A stretch of 64,000 nucleotides of DNA from a virus, in the IMG/VR virus record IMGVR_UViG_3300047560_000724, positions 1 to 64,000 of that record. One strand, 5' to 3'. Both the position numbers and the translations under genes were made by a program. Positions 1-8,615 of this stretch are shown piece by piece. The stretch's first letter is position 1; each line of letters opens with the position of its first letter. A model generated the notes under the pieces. The model made no database searches. It saw only the letters and a list, made by a program, of their open reading frames with translations, and was not told the DNA's origin.

Positions 1-920
1 ATACCTAACTTTCCCTGTAGTGCTTCTACTTCTGGACCAACACTTCCAACACCTAATGTTCCAGCAGGCCAACCTTTCTTCTGTCCACTTGCACCACCAG
101 CAGGTGTTGTAGTATCAGCTGGTTTAGCTGCATCAGCAGCAGGAGCCGCAGGTGCAGGATTGTTTTTCATGTTCATGAATTCGCTATATGCTTGACTTAG
201 TTCCTTATGTCCTTGAGCGGTTTCATCTGGATCTAAATCAGCTAGACGCTTCATAATCTTATCCATAGTTTCTTGATCGTCTTCTGCAAGATAACCAAAA
301 CTTTCAATTAATGACTTAGCAAGTAATTCGGCACTTTCTTTCTTAACAGGTGCAGCAGGTGTTTTTTGTGCAGATGCTCCAGCGGCCGGTGCAGTTGCAG
401 TAGCTGGTGCAGCAGGTGCCGCTGTCTTTGCTTCTTGTTCTGCTTTAAATGCTGTAACTAGTTTTAAAAGTATAGCATTTCCCTTGGCAATTAACTTTGG
501 AATTCTTGCTTGTGCTTCTGCAGATGTTTGATTAGCTACAGCCTGTGTGCTAGCTTTGCGTAAGTCTGCATCATATTGGTCGCCTGATTGACCAAATGCC
601 TTTCCTAAGAAAGTTGATGTATTTGCATTACCTGGAATTAGTCCCAGTGGAGCAAGTTTAGCATCGTCAGCTTTAGATGCTGTTGCAGAAATACGAGGTT
701 TTTGTTCTGGCCAGTTTGATGTGTCAGGCATTGCTGAAACAAAGTATCCTGATATTGGATCATATAAACCAGGTAGTCCTTCTTTCTCGGCCATTTGCTG
801 TAAAATCTTAGCACGACCTTGTTCGTCTTTTTCTTTTCCAACTAACGCAGCTGCAATACTCTTTTGTGTAACAGCTTCATTAAGTGTGTCTAATTTACTA
901 ATTAGGCTTCTAAAATCCAT
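1..920 (-). CDS. Partial CDS running off the left edge; Ala/Pro-rich virion-type protein entering a probable peptidoglycan-binding (PG_binding_1) domain
   Basis: ATG at 920 after a GGAG RBS, begins MDFRSLISKLDTLNE; last residues TLGVGSVGPEVEALQGKLG fit the PG-binding pattern. Confidence 0.6.
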   Translation of the reverse strand, partial: MDFRSLISKLDTLNEAVTQKSIAAALVGKEKDEQGRAKILQQMAEKEGLPGLYDPISGYFVSAMPDTSNWPEQKPRISATASKADDAKLAPLGLIPGNANTSTFLGKAFGQSGDQYDADLRKASTQAVANQTSAEAQARIPKLIAKGNAILLKLVTAFKAEQEAKTAAPAAPATATAPAAGASAQKTPAAPVKKESAELLAKSLIESFGYLAEDDQETMDKIMKRLADLDPDETAQGHKELSQAYSEFMNMKNNPAPAAPAADAAKPADTTTPAGGASGQKKGWPAGTLGVGSVGPEVEALQGKLG

Positions 921-933
921 TTTATTCTCCGAC

Positions 934-1386
934 TTATTGTTTTGATGTTGCTCTTAGCATCCAACCGTGTTTACGGTGAGCGTCCATGCGCTCTGCTAAA
1001 AAGTTACTTAGACCATGTGCGCCTTCTCTTTCAGCAAGATCATATGCAAGTTTTAATGCTTCCATCAACTTAGCGTTGTCGGCAAGTAAATTTTCAATCA
1101 TAGTTTCGTAAGGAACAATTTCTCTTTCATCTTCAATGATTGAAAGGTCTTGAAATCTTCCTAAGCTAGCAGGGGTATAAGATCCAATAGCACGAATCTC
1201 TTCTGCAAATCTATCAATAGAACCATATACTTCACTATAAATTGTGTCAAATAGTGCATGTAGTTGTGGGAACAATGGTCCTTCTACATTCCAATGGTAG
1301 TTTGCTGCTTTTAAATAAAAGCTAAAAGTACTAGCAAATGTAATTTTCATTGCTTGTTTTAATTCAGTCATTTCAGTATCCTGCAT
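934..1386 (-). CDS. dps: Dps ferritin-like DNA protection protein
   Basis: YHWNVEGPLFPQLHALFD, DRFAEEI and HRKHGWML motifs; 150 aa. Confidence 0.9.
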   Translation of the reverse strand: MQDTEMTELKQAMKITFASTFSFYLKAANYHWNVEGPLFPQLHALFDTIYSEVYGSIDRFAEEIRAIGSYTPASLGRFQDLSIIEDEREIVPYETMIENLLADNAKLMEALKLAYDLAEREGAHGLSNFLAERMDAHRKHGWMLRATSKQ

Positions 1387-2768
1387 TATTCGCCTATATT
1401 TTTATCAATGCCTCGAGCATTGGTTCCGCCTTTACGGCGTCTAACGACTAATTCATTTATCCCGTGACGAATTTGTTCTAGGTTTTGTTCTAGACCCATA
1501 AACATTCCGCCTTTAGACAAACGAGTAATCTTTTCCCATGTAACTAAATCATCAGTCTCTGCCATTTGTGCTAGTTCTTTTAACTGAGCACGAGCTTGCA
1601 TAATGCGACCTTTTAAGCTCATAGGATTTGCTTTTTCGTGTCCGTATACAACTGGATCATTAGGATCATCAGTTGCATCAATTGGAGCTTCATTTACTGG
1701 CTTACCTTTTTTAACACGCTTTGGTAGTGTGTTTAGTTTTTTGCCAGTATCAGCTTTATTAAATTCTTTAGCAACAGATCCTTTAATGCCAACTTTCTTA
1801 GCAAACTCTGGATTGTGAGCAGCCGCTGCCATTGTGCGAGCTTGTGCTTGACTCACTGATCGTTCTTCTACACGACCTTCTTTGACTAATACGCGATCTG
1901 CCACTACACTAGCGTATTGACGGATCAGTTGTTTTCTTTCAGCTTGCTGTCGTTGTACTTCTGCTTCTGCTTCTGCAAAATACTTTTTAATAACGCTATC
2001 TCTAACAACGGCTTTCTTTGCTGGTTGTTGATAGTGTTGCATTGCCATCTGAACAGGAAGTGCTACTTTGTGTGGATTAGCACCTTCGTTTATTGTTGAT
2101 TCGTCTTGATATTTCTGATTAAGATTAACAGGCGCTGCCGCAGGTACAGCAGGATCTGGAGCATCATACTCCGCCGCCGCATCAATACCTTTAGCTTTTA
2201 ATCCAGCAGCCATTTGAGCTAATTTTGCTCTCATCTTATCCATGTTAGCAGTTACTTCTGGAGACACACTTGAGTAAGTGTTTTGACCAGGAGTATCATG
2301 TAATGCATCGTAACCGTCTATTTGTGCTCTAAGTTGATTATAAGCAAGTTGTTCTGGTGGCAATGTTGACTCGGTGGTTTCTAATTGCGCAGCCATAGCT
2401 GAATGGTTAGCGTTTGCCTGCGCCATTGAATCAGCATTTTCTTTTTGTCTTGCTTGTTCCCATGCTTGTAAATTAGCACCTGCTAGTTGTGCAGCTTTTG
2501 CTTTAATAGCATTAATTGAAGCAACAGCATCTGGACTTGCGCCTTTTTCAACACCACTATTATCGGGTAGCATTTCTTTAGCAAGCATATCATACTTTGC
2601 CATTAGTTGTGCGTACTCTACATATTTAGGATCTTGAGCTGGAGCAGCAACAGGTTGATTTAATTCAGCCTCGGATACAATGCGTAAAAATTTAGACATT
2701 GATGAAGCACCTTCCACAGGCTTTGTAGAAACGCCATCCATAGCCTGTAGAATTTTCTTCATATCCAT
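1386..2768 (-). CDS. Hypothetical virion/internal head protein
   Basis: 460-aa ORF with an internal duplication and an SQAQARTMAAAAHNPEFAKK segment of a type seen in large-phage proteins. Confidence 0.6.
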   Translation of the reverse strand: MDMKKILQAMDGVSTKPVEGASSMSKFLRIVSEAELNQPVAAPAQDPKYVEYAQLMAKYDMLAKEMLPDNSGVEKGASPDAVASINAIKAKAAQLAGANLQAWEQARQKENADSMAQANANHSAMAAQLETTESTLPPEQLAYNQLRAQIDGYDALHDTPGQNTYSSVSPEVTANMDKMRAKLAQMAAGLKAKGIDAAAEYDAPDPAVPAAAPVNLNQKYQDESTINEGANPHKVALPVQMAMQHYQQPAKKAVVRDSVIKKYFAEAEAEVQRQQAERKQLIRQYASVVADRVLVKEGRVEERSVSQAQARTMAAAAHNPEFAKKVGIKGSVAKEFNKADTGKKLNTLPKRVKKGKPVNEAPIDATDDPNDPVVYGHEKANPMSLKGRIMQARAQLKELAQMAETDDLVTWEKITRLSKGGMFMGLEQNLEQIRHGINELVVRRRKGGTNARGIDKNIGE

Positions 2769-2773
2769 AAAAC

Positions 2774-4387
2774 TTATCCTTTAAGGATCTGTGTTAAATG
2801 TTTGATTCGTGTTAGTTCAGCTGATTCGTTAACAGCTTCCGGCATTGCCATTGCTTTGTCCATCATCTCTTTTCCACGACTTGGCATGATTGCCATTTGA
2901 TGCTTTGCTTTTGCAATAGCATCTTTCTTTTCTGGAGAATAGTTAGCTGACGCATCAGTAGCTGGTGCATCTGTTGCAGGTGCGTTACGGCTTGGATATA
3001 CAGCACTTTGAATTTCTTGTACATCAACAGGCTTGCCATCCTTACCTACTACTTCACCTTTGTCTAAACTAACGCGATCTTTTTGTTGAGTAATTCTTTT
3101 CTCTAAAGCAGCTTTAGCTTCTGGGCTTTGATACTTAGGATCTTTGCGGAGCGCAATTAACTTTTGTAGTTGTGGGCTTTTCTTTGCTAGGTTGTTTTCT
3201 GTGTCCATGCCTAGTGCATCGCCGATTGCATCAACTACACCTTCTGCAACTTTCTTCTTAGCATTCTTCCACATAGCGGCAGCGGCAATCTTCTCGCCTT
3301 TCTCCCCGCCACCAGCAGCCTTGGCTACTTTGTCAAATGACTTGCCTACTTTACCAATGTCTTTACCAGCTTTAGCTTTTTTAACTAAAGAAGACTTTGC
3401 TTTCTTAGACATGCCCGCACTTGGTTTGGCGCTTTCATTTGTAGAACATTCGCACTTAGCCTCGATCATTCCACATTCTTCACACTTTTCATCAGTAGCT
3501 TCTTTAACTTTCTTTTTCTTGCCACCCATTTCGTCTTTACCTAAACGACCAGCGACAACATCACCCTTAGTTACTTTGTCGTATGGCTTGGCATTGTTAG
3601 CTAAATTGCCGTCGTTACCTTCTTTAACTTTCTTGCCTATTGCTTTTTTAATAGCAACATCTTTGTTTTGTTTGTACTCGTCGGTATCAGGCTCGTCCTT
3701 ACCATCGTTATCCATGTCGCCTTTGTCAGACTCGTTAACTTTCTTACCATCTTTATAACGGCTTACAGTACCAGGATGTTTCTTTTCGTATGCTTTGCTT
3801 TCTTTCTCAGCAGCTTTGTCAGCAGCCTTGTCGCCTGCTTTCTCAGCGGCCGAACGGCTTTTAACTTTGCTTGCTGGCTCAGCGTGTTCTTCATCGCTGT
3901 GGCTAGTATTAATATGCTTAACACCTGTTGCAGTTTTAGTTGCTACACCTGTACGAGTTTTGAATGAATCACCTTCTTTAGATTTCTCATCGAAACCTTC
4001 TTCAACCTTTTTATCTTTTAACTTTTCAGCTTGTTGCTTTTTAAAGTTTGCAACTTGCTTTTTAGCTTCCATTAGCTTGTTCTTAAGCACAGCTTTTTGG
4101 CTTTCGCTTAATGTATCGCTATTGTCTAAATGATGTCCGTATTCTGTGAACTTCATTTCATATTCTAAATAGTGATATACGCTGGCAATATAGTCAGCAG
4201 CTTTGGTAATTTTAGCTTGTACCCAAGATTCTAATTGTGTATCATCTTGCATATCCTTGAATAATTTCATAGAATATTTTGCTAACTTGTATAAGTCAGC
4301 TTTGGCCATAGCGCCTTCGTGATCTGTTTCTGGGCTAGGCATATTTGTTGGTTCTTGAGGTTCTAAAGGTTGCATTTCGTCGTGCAT
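2774..4387 (-). CDS. Lys-rich hypothetical internal head/scaffold-like protein
   Basis: 537-aa highly charged ORF with many (V/I/L)xE sites. Confidence 0.6.
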   Translation of the reverse strand: MHDEMQPLEPQEPTNMPSPETDHEGAMAKADLYKLAKYSMKLFKDMQDDTQLESWVQAKITKAADYIASVYHYLEYEMKFTEYGHHLDNSDTLSESQKAVLKNKLMEAKKQVANFKKQQAEKLKDKKVEEGFDEKSKEGDSFKTRTGVATKTATGVKHINTSHSDEEHAEPASKVKSRSAAEKAGDKAADKAAEKESKAYEKKHPGTVSRYKDGKKVNESDKGDMDNDGKDEPDTDEYKQNKDVAIKKAIGKKVKEGNDGNLANNAKPYDKVTKGDVVAGRLGKDEMGGKKKKVKEATDEKCEECGMIEAKCECSTNESAKPSAGMSKKAKSSLVKKAKAGKDIGKVGKSFDKVAKAAGGGEKGEKIAAAAMWKNAKKKVAEGVVDAIGDALGMDTENNLAKKSPQLQKLIALRKDPKYQSPEAKAALEKRITQQKDRVSLDKGEVVGKDGKPVDVQEIQSAVYPSRNAPATDAPATDASANYSPEKKDAIAKAKHQMAIMPSRGKEMMDKAMAMPEAVNESAELTRIKHLTQILKG

Positions 4388-4411
4388 GGTAAACTCCGTT
4401 ATTCTATATAT

Positions 4412-5086
4412 TTAGCGTCTTTTGATAGTTGGGCCACCAAAAATGCTTGTGCCTTTCATATCTAATGCGTTATCTGTAGGCTTTTGTGCCTTTGGTTTAG
4501 GCTGTGGAGGCGCCTTAGTACCTGATTTGCCTGGGCTTCCGATGTAGCTTTTCTTGCCACGGGCCTTACCTGGGCTGATGTGCGGTGCATCAACAGTACC
4601 AATGCTAGCAGCACTTGTTGCGCCAGCTGTAGCTGTTTCATTCATTCCACCTAGGATCTTCTTAGCGTTTTCTAAGTCACGAACTTTGCCTTGTAAGCTG
4701 TGATAATCATCACGGCCTTGGCTCCAAGTATTACGGGCACCGTATTGGTAATCGTTGTATGCTTTGTCCATTGCAGGCTTTAATTTAGCAATTTCAGCAT
4801 CGAGATCTACTCCAGCATATTTGTCGCGAACTGATTGCTCGTGATCTGCTTTTGCTTTTGCTTCTCTGTCTGCCGCCCATTTATCAGAGCGTGCCTTAGC
4901 ACGACCTAATCCAATCTCACGGCGGTCAATTTTATGTGAATGCTTTGCTTTTGTTTCGTCGCTTTGATCGTGACCAAATGCTTTGCTCATAGCACGACTA
5001 GCTTGATCTAATTTTGCTTTTCTAGTATAGTCGCCTAGAGAAATCTCTGATAGCTGACTTTCAGTTAGTAAGTCTGTAATTTTCAT
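4412..5086 (-). CDS. Hypothetical protein with MKITDLLTE leader
   Basis: 224-aa ORF abutting its neighbours. Confidence 0.65.
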   Translation of the reverse strand: MKITDLLTESQLSEISLGDYTRKAKLDQASRAMSKAFGHDQSDETKAKHSHKIDRREIGLGRAKARSDKWAADREAKAKADHEQSVRDKYAGVDLDAEIAKLKPAMDKAYNDYQYGARNTWSQGRDDYHSLQGKVRDLENAKKILGGMNETATAGATSAASIGTVDAPHISPGKARGKKSYIGSPGKSGTKAPPQPKPKAQKPTDNALDMKGTSIFGGPTIKRR

Positions 5087-5087
5087 A

Positions 5088-5381
5088 TTATTTTCCTGTA
5101 GGCTTTTCGCCAGTCATGTATGGTAAACTAAACCATAGTCTAAACCACTCTGGTGTTCCAGGTTTGATATTTTGTTCGCGTTGTATGCGTCCTTTATCAT
5201 TACCTGTAACACTAATGTTACTACCTTGATTTACACGGTATTCATGTAAACGACCTTGACCGTTTATACCACCAAGGTATTGTAAAACTTTTATTTCATT
5301 AATAGGGTCGCTAGGATCTAGATAGCAATCGTCTTGACTATCTAAATTTAAATGTTCGCTAGTGACTCTGTACTGTTTCAT
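5088..5381 (-). CDS. Hypothetical protein
   Basis: 97-aa ORF, ATGA overlap with upstream gene, IKPGTPEWFRLWF motif. Confidence 0.65.
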   Translation of the reverse strand: MKQYRVTSEHLNLDSQDDCYLDPSDPINEIKVLQYLGGINGQGRLHEYRVNQGSNISVTGNDKGRIQREQNIKPGTPEWFRLWFSLPYMTGEKPTGK

Positions 5382-5968
5382 TTCTTAACTTTTTCTGGAT
5401 ATTCTTTAAGGTATCTTGCTACTAGGTCAAAAAACTTAACACTACGCTTGCCTACCTTAATAGGAGTATCTGCGCTTACACCTGCCGCCGCACTAAACAA
5501 TTCTCTGTCGCCTTGGCGGACAGCAGCTCTTAGTGCTGTTGCTGAACTTAATCTAGGTGTCGGTTCATGGCTGATACTTGCAAATTTATAAAATCCATGC
5601 GGCCCTTCGATCCCATTATATTTTTCTAAGCTAGATGTTAACCATGCTTCGTCTGTACACACTTTTAAATGAGCATGATGACCGTGCTTTTGTGAAATGC
5701 GTGTTGCTAGTGTAAACAAGTTTTGCTCTGGAATTACATGTCCTGCAACTTCGGGCCAAACAGTTTCCATAGCTACTAATTTTACATCGTATGGTAACGG
5801 GTCGTTTGGACCTTGAGTGTTTTGATTTGTGCCAATGTAGAATGTATCAAACTGTGCGGCAGTTTCCCATGCAGCCTTATGACCTTTATGTGGAGGATTC
5901 CAACGGCCATAACATACGCCAATAGATGGCCCATGCTCTGCATTTTCAAATAATTCTCTTAGTTTCAT
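5378..5968 (-). CDS. HIGH-motif nucleotidyltransferase (cytidylyltransferase-like)
   Basis: YGRWNPPHKGH and LSSATALR motifs; start reassigned to MKLRELFE (ATGA overlap). Confidence 0.8.
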   Translation of the reverse strand: MKLRELFENAEHGPSIGVCYGRWNPPHKGHKAAWETAAQFDTFYIGTNQNTQGPNDPLPYDVKLVAMETVWPEVAGHVIPEQNLFTLATRISQKHGHHAHLKVCTDEAWLTSSLEKYNGIEGPHGFYKFASISHEPTPRLSSATALRAAVRQGDRELFSAAAGVSADTPIKVGKRSVKFFDLVARYLKEYPEKVKK

Positions 5969-7182
5969 ACTCGCCCTGCCCCAGGTGCCCATGTTGTTGG
6001 CACTATTTTAATATTTCCGTATTTGTGATTCTTCTGTGCATAACGGACATGCCCTTCACCGTTAGTATCCCAAATCTCTTTTCTAGGCTGTTGTTTAATT
6101 GCGGCATCAACCTGATCTTTCATATTTCTAATACCTTTAATCAAGTGGAATATTGCATCAAGGCCACCTGGATGTTCTTGAGTCATAGCAATAATATGTT
6201 GTTGCTTCTTTTGACTTACACCCTTTTCAATCATCCAGTCGATAAATGTTTTTCCAGATATTGTGTTAAAGTCTTGTTTGCCACTAGCGTGTAAGTTACT
6301 CATATGATTAAAGAACGGATAAAAGATTCCATTCTTATCTGGATCTGGCAGGCTAGCTAAGAATCCGTCAATGATTGCACCATTTGTATTAGTATATTCA
6401 ATCATTTGATCAATAGCAGGAGTTTCAAATTCAGGTGCTGTGTCAACATATATAGGACCTTGAACAATTAGTCCTGGAGTACTATTAAACATTTCAAAGT
6501 CGTCAACTGGTCGTTGTGCTTTATCAGGAGCACCAAAAGAATCAAACTCGCCATGACCGACTACCATAACCTGTGCCTTACCAATGCGTTGACCTAGTTC
6601 GCTTGCAGCATCAACATGGTAACAAGTATTTGATTTAGGATTAGGACAGAATGTCCATATACCTGCAGGATATGCTTGTGTAGGCTTTTCTAATTTTTTA
6701 GGATTACCCGGTTCAACGCCGAACAAGTTATCAGCATATACAAAGCCTACAAAATCTTTAGGAGTGGCCGCATCGAACAACGGATATAAATTTGCAAAGT
6801 TTGTAGCAAAGTCTTGTCTTTGCTTTACTTGCTCAGGTGTTGTTGCTTTACCGCTTTGATTGGCAATAAAGTCATAGACTTCGTGAGGACTAGTTGCCTT
6901 AACTCCTCTACTCCATTGATTATGTCCTGCTAATATTAAAGGACCACCTGCTGCTTCTCTACCCCAGTATACTTGAGGGTTACCATCCCACTTACGACGA
7001 ATAGTAGTCTTACCTTCTTTCTCATCAGCTATTTCTTTAAAATGCTGAAGTGCTTCCATTGTACCTGCAGAGCCTTTAAAGAAAACTAAATGCTCTGGAT
7101 GATTGAACGCTCGTCCGTATTTTTCCATACTGTCATCAGTAGGAGCACTTGCTTCACGAAAGAATAGTTCTCTTAGTAACAC
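5965..7182 (-). CDS. DUF6267-like protein with ligase-type KxDG motif
   Basis: HPEH...RKWDGNP and EGHV motifs; adjacent to a HIGH nucleotidyltransferase as in T4-like phages. Confidence 0.6.
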   Translation of the reverse strand: MLLRELFFREASAPTDDSMEKYGRAFNHPEHLVFFKGSAGTMEALQHFKEIADEKEGKTTIRRKWDGNPQVYWGREAAGGPLILAGHNQWSRGVKATSPHEVYDFIANQSGKATTPEQVKQRQDFATNFANLYPLFDAATPKDFVGFVYADNLFGVEPGNPKKLEKPTQAYPAGIWTFCPNPKSNTCYHVDAASELGQRIGKAQVMVVGHGEFDSFGAPDKAQRPVDDFEMFNSTPGLIVQGPIYVDTAPEFETPAIDQMIEYTNTNGAIIDGFLASLPDPDKNGIFYPFFNHMSNLHASGKQDFNTISGKTFIDWMIEKGVSQKKQQHIIAMTQEHPGGLDAIFHLIKGIRNMKDQVDAAIKQQPRKEIWDTNGEGHVRYAQKNHKYGNIKIVPTTWAPGAGRV

Positions 7183-7191
7183 GCTAGATCC

Positions 7192-7545
7192 TTAGTACAT
7201 CTTTTTCTTGATGTTTTCAACTTCGTCTTCTTTAATCTTTTCGCATACTTTACTAAAGTCTTCTTGCTCTAAACTTTCAGGTAAAAGCATGTCATTAAAT
7301 TCTGCGATGTAACATTCGTATGCGTGTTTTACTACAGGAGCGAACGATTCTGCTGTTACTCGTTGTCCTTTTTTAATAGCATTTTTGCATTTAATTAGGT
7401 GAGGATAATAGTGACGACGATAGAAATCATCGTTGTTGTGCATATAATAGATTAGGTCTTCACAAATATCAAATGTTGACTGTTCTTCTTTATCTTCTTC
7501 TTTGAGCTTTGGTGAAAAGTTTTCAAAAAGTTCCCTAATTTTCAT
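7192..7545 (-). CDS. Hypothetical protein with MKIRELFE leader
   Basis: 117-aa ORF downstream of a TAAATA motif. Confidence 0.65.
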   Translation of the reverse strand: MKIRELFENFSPKLKEEDKEEQSTFDICEDLIYYMHNNDDFYRRHYYPHLIKCKNAIKKGQRVTAESFAPVVKHAYECYIAEFNDMLLPESLEQEDFSKVCEKIKEDEVENIKKKMY

Positions 7546-7581
7546 ATCAGATCCTATTTTTAGTATATTTATCAGTATAGC

Positions 7582-7971
7582 TTACTGGTGTGCTAGTTGT
7601 ATAACGCCTACAGAACCGAAGGTGTATGTTATGCTAGCCCTAATAAATGTATATTTTCCTATAAAATTATCAACCCCAGTAGCAATATCAGTATCTCTAT
7701 CGAACGATCTGTTTGGGAAGTCATAAGTTTTAACTGTAAACCAGTCAGCTTCTGTGGGTTCTAAACACACAGTAGCTTGTATATCGATTGACCCTATAAA
7801 ATTAGTTACAGAATATTGTATAGTGTGGTGCCCAGCACCACCGCCATAGAATCCAGCACCACGACGAGCAGGTCCAACTGTAGTTACAGGCGGGCGAGTA
7901 AGCCCTAAGCTAGGGTTAATATGTGGGTAAAATTGTGCTGTTAATAAATGTGTACTAATTACGGTCATCAA
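7582..7971 (-). CDS. Hypothetical beta-rich protein
   Basis: 129-aa ORF in gene run. Confidence 0.55.
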   Translation of the reverse strand: MMTVISTHLLTAQFYPHINPSLGLTRPPVTTVGPARRGAGFYGGGAGHHTIQYSVTNFIGSIDIQATVCLEPTEADWFTVKTYDFPNRSFDRDTDIATGVDNFIGKYTFIRASITYTFGSVGVIQLAHQ

Positions 7972-8615
7972 GTATTTATTGCTTTTACAATGCGCTCTAT
8001 TTTAGATATAGAGCCACCGAGATGCATCTTTGCCATGAGCAAATTCTTCTCTCCAGTGATGTAAAAGTGCGTACCGCCCCAGGTTCTATTCTTCAATAGG
8101 TCCTTTTTACAGCTTTTTGTCAACTTGATTTTTGTACTAGCTTCAGCCCAATTAACAAATGTACTATGCTCTTCAGTAGTTTTTCCAAGGGTAACTCTGT
8201 AGTCAAAGTCAGTCTTGGGCATAATAATTACTCCCACATCTAGCGTTGTATTTGCAGGAGGAACGCTTATATACTTTACCTTATCTTGATCTAGCTTGAT
8301 TAAATCATCAACATTTGTCTTGGTGTTTGTATAGATAGAAATCCAAGGGCTTTCAACACGAACATCTATGTCAGTTAATGACGATAACTTGTTTTGCAAC
8401 TTAAAAGCATAATCAAGATCATCTTTACTTTTAATAGAAGTCCGGTGTAGTCTATAAGGTGACAATGGATCTTTTTCTGTAATATCAATTTTTTTAAGTT
8501 GATTAAGAGTTGATTCAAAATCACCTGATCGAAACATAGACGCACCGGCGCATAACAGTACAACCTTGTACTGATATACGCCTCTAAATAACTTAGTCGT
8601 TGTCTTGGTGAGCAT
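7968..8615 (-). CDS. Hypothetical protein
   Basis: 215-aa ORF overlapping the clpA 3' end. Confidence 0.6.
   Translation of the reverse strand: MLTKTTTKLFRGVYQYKVVLLCAGASMFRSGDFESTLNQLKKIDITEKDPLSPYRLHRTSIKSKDDLDYAFKLQNKLSSLTDIDVRVESPWISIYTNTKTNVDDLIKLDQDKVKYISVPPANTTLDVGVIIMPKTDFDYRVTLGKTTEEHSTFVNWAEASTKIKLTKSCKKDLLKNRTWGGTHFYITGEKNLLMAKMHLGGSISKIERIVKAINT

Noticed and set aside
3144-4133. Plus-strand ORFs antisense to long genes (also 8624-10072, 31215-32792 and similar)
   Set aside because: Shadow ORFs of minus-strand genes with no RBS or recognisable motifs.
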